Below, piece after piece: positions 58,213-64,000 of a stretch of DNA of 64,000 bases. How positions within the stretch are numbered: position 1 is the stretch's first letter; every line of letters starts with the position of its first letter. The DNA lies in assembly GCA_964422035.1 (NCBI GenBank), contig CAYQZQ010000001.1, forward strand, positions 313,013 through 377,012. The letters are read 5' to 3'. The notes under the pieces were generated by a model. That model was not told the origin of the DNA. It searched no databases and worked only from the letters and a program-made list of their open reading frames with translations. The position numbers were made by a program, and so were the translations under genes. This DNA comes from an uncultured Pseudomonadales bacterium (GTDB lineage: Bacteria; Patescibacteriota; Microgenomatia; UBA1400; Chazhemtobacteraceae).

Positions 58213-59331
58213 ATGAAAAGATGGAAGTTTAAACTTGCTGTTGTAACCCTGATAAGTAGCTTGGTTGTCTGGTTACCCTTTACGTTACAGATTGAGCTCC
58301 CAGGATGGGTTTTGAATTTTAAACAAGGAATGGGGGTAGTTTTTGCAAACTTTGATGGACCCAACTACATAATCGTAGCTAAAACCTGGTACCAAAAGGC
58401 ATTAATCGGTAGGCTGTTTTCAAACCCATTACCACTTGAGTACTATCCAGCTCACTTCCCTTTATATCCGGCACTGATTAGACTGTTTGACTTTGTAATG
58501 ACTGGCCCTTGGGCGATGTTAACGGCAACAGTATTGGGAACTATACTGGCTAGCTGGGCCTTTTACCGCTTACTTTTATCTATTGAAGTGAAAAATGCCA
58601 AGTGGATTAGTCTAGTTTTTTTGTTCTTTCCAGCCAGATGGTTGATTGTTAGAACTGTAGGAAGCCCTGAACCATGGTTTATCTTGTTTACTCTCTCTTC
58701 AATTTTGGCTTACAAAGATAAAAAGTACTGGCTAGCTGGATTGTGGGGCGGGCTAGCCACTTTAACCAAGAGTCCGGGGGTTTTACTTTTAGCAGGGTAC
58801 GGTGTTGACTGGCTGATAAAAGGCTTTAAGAGAAAGAAGTGGGAGTGGAATTGCTGGCCGGTAGTTTCAATGATTTTAGTTGTGCCTTTATTGTTCTGGT
58901 TTTATCAAAAACAAACAGGTGACTTTTGGGCGTACTTTAACAGCGGAGATAACTTTCATCTATTCTGGCCACCTTTCTCGATTTTCTCTCCTAAAGGACA
59001 CTTCTGGACAGGTGACTTTTGGCTAGAAGAGATTATATGGTTGTGGCTTATTTATGGACTGGGAATTTTGAAACTGTGGAAGAAAAAACTGAATGTTGAA
59101 GCAAGTTTTGCAAGTGTATTTTGGTTGAGCACTTTGTTTGTAGCTCATCGGGATATTGCACGATACATATTACCCATCTTTCCTCTGGTATTGATTGGTT
59201 GGGAAGAGATGATTAGAAGTCGTGAGTTTAAGATATTGATGGCTGTTTTGATTATCCCGATTTTGTTGTTTACCTGGAGTTTTATGCTTAACAACACCGC
59301 ACCTGTAGCTGATTGGACGCCGTATCTGTAA
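58213..59331 (+). CDS. GT-C membrane mannosyltransferase-like protein (PIG-V-like)
   Basis: NFDGP.Y, AHFPLYP, SPEP.F, LTK.PG, D..RY. Confidence 0.75.
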   Translation: MKRWKFKLAVVTLISSLVVWLPFTLQIELPGWVLNFKQGMGVVFANFDGPNYIIVAKTWYQKALIGRLFSNPLPLEYYPAHFPLYPALIRLFDFVMTGPWAMLTATVLGTILASWAFYRLLLSIEVKNAKWISLVFLFFPARWLIVRTVGSPEPWFILFTLSSILAYKDKKYWLAGLWGGLATLTKSPGVLLLAGYGVDWLIKGFKRKKWEWNCWPVVSMILVVPLLFWFYQKQTGDFWAYFNSGDNFHLFWPPFSIFSPKGHFWTGDFWLEEIIWLWLIYGLGILKLWKKKLNVEASFASVFWLSTLFVAHRDIARYILPIFPLVLIGWEEMIRSREFKILMAVLIIPILLFTWSFMLNNTAPVADWTPYL

Positions 59332-59343
59332 ACAAGGGAAAGA

Positions 59344-59811
59344 CTAGTTAAGAAGAAATATTTGCCAGTTTAGATAAGAAGCAAAGCTAACCCAGAGAAT
59401 GTAGGGAACAAGTAACCAGCCAGCCGGTTTGGAGATTGAGTAGAACTTGAGGATGTTAATTAAGATGGCAATCCATAAGATGATGATCTCGATACCGGCA
59501 TAGAGAGGTCTTTGCAGGGCAAAGAAAAGACCTGACCAGGTGACGTTTAAGATTAACTGAATAGCGAAAATTAAATAGGCAGTTTTTTTAGAAGCAGAAT
59601 CAGGTGCTGTCCAGATTAGATATAAACTGACACCCATCATTATAAAGAGAACCGTCCAAACAGGGGCAAAAATCCAGTTAGGTGGATTAAGAGCAGGTTT
59701 TTGTAGTTGAGAATACCAGGAGGAGATATTGGGAGCAGTCAAAAGCGAGCCTATACCAGCAGCGACTTGGGGTATGGCAATGGAGATAATAAATTTAATT
59801 AGATTACTCAT
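59344..59811 (-). CDS. tspO: TspO/MBR family tryptophan-rich sensory protein
   Basis: WY..L.KP..NPPNWIFAPVWT, QL.LN..WS..FF, PY..W..FA..LN. Confidence 0.95.
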   Translation of the reverse strand: MSNLIKFIISIAIPQVAAGIGSLLTAPNISSWYSQLQKPALNPPNWIFAPVWTVLFIMMGVSLYLIWTAPDSASKKTAYLIFAIQLILNVTWSGLFFALQRPLYAGIEIIILWIAILINILKFYSISKPAGWLLVPYILWVSFASYLNWQIFLLN

Positions 59812-61030
59812 CTTTTTTCCAGATAACTAAGTTGTACATTAACCAGTTATAAGGAATGATTAAAAAGCCGATGGAGAAAACAAGAGAGGCTTGGCGTACA
59901 AGAGTGGTGTCGCCGAATAGTAACGTAGCAAGACCAATGACTACAAACTGAATAACAACAGCTCCCAGAGAAGTTAAGTTAAATTGAAGGAACTTTAAGA
60001 CTAGCCTGAAAGGATGAAGGATTTTTTGAGATGAGAAAGTCCAGAAGTTATTAAACAGGAAGTTACTTATGATTGACAGCTCAGCCGCAAAAGCACCTGA
60101 CCAAGAGTTGGGGTTAGCTAAAAGCTTAAGCCCCCTGGTATTTTCAAAATGTGAGAAGTCGCTTGATAAGGCTTTGATAAATGCACGTCCGCGGAAAAAC
60201 TCAAGGGCGACAGCGTTGATTGCAAAACCAATAAAGCCGACGGTAGCGAATTTAAGGAATTTTTGTGTTTGAGGATCTTTTAATCTTAATAAGATAACTG
60301 TTCTAAAGATATCTTTGGATGTCTTGGAAGTAATTTTAGACTCTCCAGCTTGGCGTAGGTTAAACTTTAAAGGAATCTCCTCTATTTGAGCTCCTAGCTT
60401 AACCATCTTGTATAAAAACTCAAGCTTGTAACCGAAGTTTTGAGAATAAAGATTGTCCATGTCCATTTGATCGACAAAACCTTTAACTCTGGAAGCTTTT
60501 AAGCCGGTAGTGGGATCAGTGATTTTAAAGAAAGTTTTAGAGGGAAGAAACAAGATTGAACGAGCAATAAGACCGCCGATTGAGGAAAAGAAGCGGCGTT
60601 TAAGCCCCCATCCTTTGGGGGTTGAACCACCTTTAATTTTGCGGGAACCTAAAACATAGTCAGCCCCGTCTTCAATTTTTTTAAGTAGTTGCGGAATGGC
60701 TTCTGGTGGATGTTGAAAATCGCCGTCAAACTCGATTATCACGTCTGCATCGAGTTTATCCATGGCTTCTTTAAAGCCTTTTACGTATGCTCCACCGATG
60801 CCAACTTTATCAGGATTTAATAAAAGATAAAGGTCGTCATATTTTTTCTGTTTTTCTTGAACTATTTTGTAGGTGCCATCAGGTGAGGTGTCGTCAACTA
60901 TTAGAAGTTGCATCTGCCAGTTTTCAATATCAGGAAAAGTCTTTTCGAACAGGTGATCGATCATTTCACCAATGGTCTTGGCTTCGTTATAAGTGGGAAT
61001 TACTACTATGGCTTTTCTTTTACTGGTCAT
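59804..61030 (-). CDS. GT2 polyprenol-phosphate mannosyltransferase fused to a GtrA-like domain
   Basis: IPTYNE, VDD.SPDGT, FDGD.QH, GSR, D.TTG; C-terminal KFA.VG and SNF..N..WTF. Confidence 0.9.
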   Translation of the reverse strand: MTSKRKAIVVIPTYNEAKTIGEMIDHLFEKTFPDIENWQMQLLIVDDTSPDGTYKIVQEKQKKYDDLYLLLNPDKVGIGGAYVKGFKEAMDKLDADVIIEFDGDFQHPPEAIPQLLKKIEDGADYVLGSRKIKGGSTPKGWGLKRRFFSSIGGLIARSILFLPSKTFFKITDPTTGLKASRVKGFVDQMDMDNLYSQNFGYKLEFLYKMVKLGAQIEEIPLKFNLRQAGESKITSKTSKDIFRTVILLRLKDPQTQKFLKFATVGFIGFAINAVALEFFRGRAFIKALSSDFSHFENTRGLKLLANPNSWSGAFAAELSIISNFLFNNFWTFSSQKILHPFRLVLKFLQFNLTSLGAVVIQFVVIGLATLLFGDTTLVRQASLVFSIGFLIIPYNWLMYNLVIWKKDE

Positions 61031-61067
61031 GAAAAAAATTATAGCGTGTTAAATCTAAACTGCAAAG

Positions 61068-61280
61068 TTATTCGTGCTGGTGATGAGGTTTTTGTTGAAA
61101 ATGAACTTGTTTGCGCTCACCATCTTTGGTGTAGACATAAGTTTTATCTGGATCTTCATCCTGAGTTTTTTTATGAGAACCATCACAGAAAGGCTGGTTT
61201 TTAGAAAGACCACACATACAGATCCACTTATCACCCACTTTTTTAGGAGCTTGTTCTTTTTTCTTTACTAGACGTGTCAT
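61068..61280 (-). CDS. CDGSH iron-sulfur domain protein
   Basis: ICMCGLSKNQPFCDGSH. Confidence 0.92.
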   Translation of the reverse strand: MTRLVKKKEQAPKKVGDKWICMCGLSKNQPFCDGSHKKTQDEDPDKTYVYTKDGERKQVHFQQKPHHQHE

Positions 61281-61305
61281 GAGTTAATCTTATCAGGAAA
61301 AAGGG

Positions 61306-61917
61306 TTAGGAGATAGCTTCTGAGAGGTTGTCTTGAACTTGATCCCAGTTGATGAGGTTTAGAAAAGCTTTGAGGTATTGGCCGCGTTTGTTTTGATACT
61401 TAAGGTAGTAAGCGTGCTCCCAGACATCAACACCGAGAATGGGGGTTTGTCCTTGAGATAGTGGTGCGAACTGGTTTGGAGTTGATACAAGTTTGAGTGA
61501 GTTGTCATCTAAGACTAGCCAGCCCCATCCACTACCAAACCTTGAAGCAGCTGTGTCAACGAATTTTTCTTGGAAAGTTTCAAGTGATCCGAAGGTGTCG
61601 TTAATCATACTTGAGAGCTCACCTTCTGGCTGACCGCCACCTTGAGGTGACATAATTTGCCAGAAAAGAGAGTGGTTGTAATGGCCGCCACCATTGTTGC
61701 GGACTGCCGTGCGTATTTCTGTAGGAATTGTGTCTAAGTCTTCAAGTAGCTTCTTTACACTTTTATCTTTGAGATTATCGTACCCTTCTATAGCCTTGTT
61801 TAACTTATCTACATAACCTTGATGGTGCTTACCATGATGAATCTTCATGGTCTGCTCGTCAATGTGGGGCTTGAGGGCGTCGTATGAGTATGGAAGTTTT
61901 GGTAATTCATGTACCAT
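61306..61917 (-). CDS. sodA: Fe/Mn superoxide dismutase
   Basis: [28 protein letters not shown]. Confidence 0.95.
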   Translation of the reverse strand: MVHELPKLPYSYDALKPHIDEQTMKIHHGKHHQGYVDKLNKAIEGYDNLKDKSVKKLLEDLDTIPTEIRTAVRNNGGGHYNHSLFWQIMSPQGGGQPEGELSSMINDTFGSLETFQEKFVDTAASRFGSGWGWLVLDDNSLKLVSTPNQFAPLSQGQTPILGVDVWEHAYYLKYQNKRGQYLKAFLNLINWDQVQDNLSEAIS

Positions 61918-61982
61918 GTAAGTCTTAGTTTATTGCATGCAGCAAGTTTGTCAAGATGTAAACTGATGGATGCATAAAAAGG

Positions 61983-62993
61983 CTAGTCAATAAACTTTGG
62001 CTGGGCCCAGTTTTCTTGAAACACGGTTGAGGTCTTCTGTTCAATAAGCTCTTTGTCTTGATAGATTAAATCAACCACTAGACCGCGACGGGTTTTTTGA
62101 CTCCACATCTGATCGAAAATAAAGTTGCCTAAAGAATAATAGACCGGACTTTGATTAATCATTTGAGAGTCTTGAATCCAGTGCGGGTGGTGGCCGAAGA
62201 TAACATCAACTCCTAAGTCAACAAGTTGGCTGGCCCATTTTCTTTGTAGCGCACTGGCGGTGGCAGTATATTCATGCCCCCAATGGATGCTGGCAACGAG
62301 GGTGTCTACCTTAGAATCAGAGGTTTTGACAAGGTCAAGATCATTTTGATCAGGACCGGCGGCAATATAGTTGAAGCCTAAAAACCCCAATTGGTGATTA
62401 TCTACACTTTTGATGACTAGATTATCTAAACCGATCGCTGAGATGTTAAAACTTTGCAAATGCTCTAATGTTTCTTGCAAGCCCTGGTCTCCATAGTTGT
62501 GTGAGTGATTGTTAGCTAAAGAAACCACAGAAATGTTAGCGGCCTTTAGATTTTTTAACATATCAACAGTTGAGCAAAACTTGTAGCCAGTGGTATGGGG
62601 CGGACAATTTTGTATAACTGGGTTTTCTAAGTTAGCTATGACAATATCTGATTGATTTAAAGGCTCTTTTACATGCTGAACTGGATAGAGAGGATCGTTT
62701 TTACTATGAGTGGTAGTCATGACTGTTCGACCCAACATAATATCACCTAAGAGGGTAAGTTTTACTTTTTTTGAGGGGGTGGGAGTGATGATTGGTGCTT
62801 GATAATCTCTTGAGGCTGGTGTAGGCTGTAAAAAATTAGCAGTCTCGGGTAGAGAGTAAGAATTGAGCTGATTGAGTACATAGATTGATACAGCCGCTAA
62901 AAGTATCAATATTGGTAGCAAAACTGGCAGTTTTCCAGGTAGGCGCGTAGGGTATTTAGGCATTTTTGAGAGAAACAAAGGTAAATGGTCCAA
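61983..62993 (-). CDS. CapA (PGA_cap) family metallophosphoesterase, membrane anchored
   Basis: GDIM.GR, NLE, LANNH, HWG.EY, GHHPH..Q, YSLGNFIFDQ. Confidence 0.92.
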   Translation of the reverse strand: MDHLPLFLSKMPKYPTRLPGKLPVLLPILILLAAVSIYVLNQLNSYSLPETANFLQPTPASRDYQAPIITPTPSKKVKLTLLGDIMLGRTVMTTTHSKNDPLYPVQHVKEPLNQSDIVIANLENPVIQNCPPHTTGYKFCSTVDMLKNLKAANISVVSLANNHSHNYGDQGLQETLEHLQSFNISAIGLDNLVIKSVDNHQLGFLGFNYIAAGPDQNDLDLVKTSDSKVDTLVASIHWGHEYTATASALQRKWASQLVDLGVDVIFGHHPHWIQDSQMINQSPVYYSLGNFIFDQMWSQKTRRGLVVDLIYQDKELIEQKTSTVFQENWAQPKFID

Positions 62994-63579
62994 AAGACTC
63001 TTGCGTCAATCCTTTTTCGGTCTTAATAAAGCGTTTTAGTTGATTTTTTATGGGGCAAACGACAACTCCTTGTAGTTTTAGTTGCTGGGCCCATGCAGGA
63101 GGCAGCTTGGAACTGGCAGCAGCAGCCACGATAGCTGAGAAGTGATCATCGGGAAATAGCTTTTCTCGAGCATTGCCATTTTTGATGGTGACGTTATTTA
63201 TATTCAAAGAACTTAAAACTTGCCTGGAGGTTTTGACTAGAGAATCTATTATTTCTATGCCGACTACCTGTCTGTATAGATGAGAGAGAATGGCTGATTG
63301 ATAGCCGGAACCAGAGCCGATATCTAGAACGATTTGATGGTCCGGTGATGAGATGTATGCCAGCTGAACTATTTTGGCGACTGTATATGGCTGACTGATG
63401 GTAGCTGAATCACCAATAGGTAAAGCTTGGTCAGTGTATGCTTTATCATCAAGATAGTCAGGGACGAATTGGTGGCGAGGTGTTTTTATGAAAGCGTTGA
63501 GAACATCAGGGTCATCAATATCACGAGCTTTAAGTTGCGTTTTGACCATCTGGCGGGCTTTTTCTTGCCAGTTATTCAT
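62956..63579 (-). CDS. pcm: Protein-L-isoaspartate O-methyltransferase
   Basis: PRH.FVP, AY.D..LPIG...TISQP, LDIGSGSGYQ.A. Confidence 0.92.
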   Translation of the reverse strand: MNNWQEKARQMVKTQLKARDIDDPDVLNAFIKTPRHQFVPDYLDDKAYTDQALPIGDSATISQPYTVAKIVQLAYISSPDHQIVLDIGSGSGYQSAILSHLYRQVVGIEIIDSLVKTSRQVLSSLNINNVTIKNGNAREKLFPDDHFSAIVAAAASSKLPPAWAQQLKLQGVVVCPIKNQLKRFIKTEKGLTQESFGPFTFVSLKNA

Positions 63580-63636
63580 TGGTTTAAGAGTATCATAAAT
63601 GAGATATACTTTAATTTAGAAGGGTGGTGATATAGC

Positions 63637-63810
63637 ATGAAGCAGATAAATTTTAAGAAAGGATTTGAGAAGATTGGTTTTAGAACTCCGAGATGGCATA
63701 GAGTAAAAAAGTCAATGGAAAATTATGTCAAGAGTAAGCTGAAAAGAAGAAAACTTAGAAAGAGTGCTTTGGAGAAAATGCTTGAAAAACAGCAAATCAA
63801 AAAAGAATAA
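63637..63810 (+). CDS. Small, highly basic hypothetical protein (57 aa)
   Basis: Not in the ORF track. [57 protein letters not shown], preceded by SD-like GGGTGGTG. Confidence 0.5.
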   Translation: MKQINFKKGFEKIGFRTPRWHRVKKSMENYVKSKLKRRKLRKSALEKMLEKQQIKKE

Positions 63811-63824
63811 GTATAATAAGAGCT

Positions 63825-64000
63825 ATGAAGATAGATATCATAACGGCCTTTCCTGAAATGTTTAAAGGGCCTTTTTCAGAAAGTATTGTAAGTAGAGCAC
63901 AAGACGAAGGATTGGTGAGCGTTAATGTGTTTGATCTTCGCCAGTGGACGGAGGATAAACACAGAACGATTGACTCCCCTCCTTATGGCGGTGGCCCAGG
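63825..64000 (+). CDS. trmD: tRNA (guanine-N1)-methyltransferase TrmD (partial, runs off window end)
   Basis: Manual translation [13 protein letters not shown]...[22 protein letters not shown]. Confidence 0.95.
   Translation, partial: MKIDIITAFPEMFKGPFSESIVSRAQDEGLVSVNVFDLRQWTEDKHRTIDSPPYGGGP

Noticed and set aside
10286-61271. Numerous 60-120 aa antisense or alternate-frame ORFs nested in long genes (e.g. 13328, 16900, 30061, 36115, 53578, 56363, 60908)
   Set aside because: Fully overlap well-supported CDSs, with no motifs or initiation signals.

Overview
This is a 64-kb chromosomal window from a bacterium using the standard genetic code. Gene content and style point to a Patescibacteria/CPR organism, probably of the Microgenomates type (inference). 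It has five main parts. (1) A tRNA-Ala(TGC)-23S-5S unit with no 16S gene. The 23S is split by four group I introns at E. coli-equivalent sites L1917, L1931, L2504 (carrying a LAGLIDADG endonuclease) and L2584. (2) A very large minus-strand surface-glycosylation region with about 17 GT-C-fold membrane glycosyltransferases, many GT2/GT4 enzymes and a Wzx flippase. One GT-C is fused to the non-catalytic MecA_N/pedestal part of a class B PBP. (3) A compact cobalamin-riboswitch-like RNA in front of an uncharacterised Zn-ribbon protein. (4) An integron-like element with an attI core, a branched attC and two cassettes, whose tyrosine recombinase lacks the IntI-specific insert. (5) Housekeeping and stress genes (pgk, sod, pcm, TspO, partial trmD). 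About 16 genes have a -10 box 6-7 nt before the start codon, suggesting widespread leaderless mRNAs. All family assignments are from motif recognition by eye; no database searches or folding programs were run.
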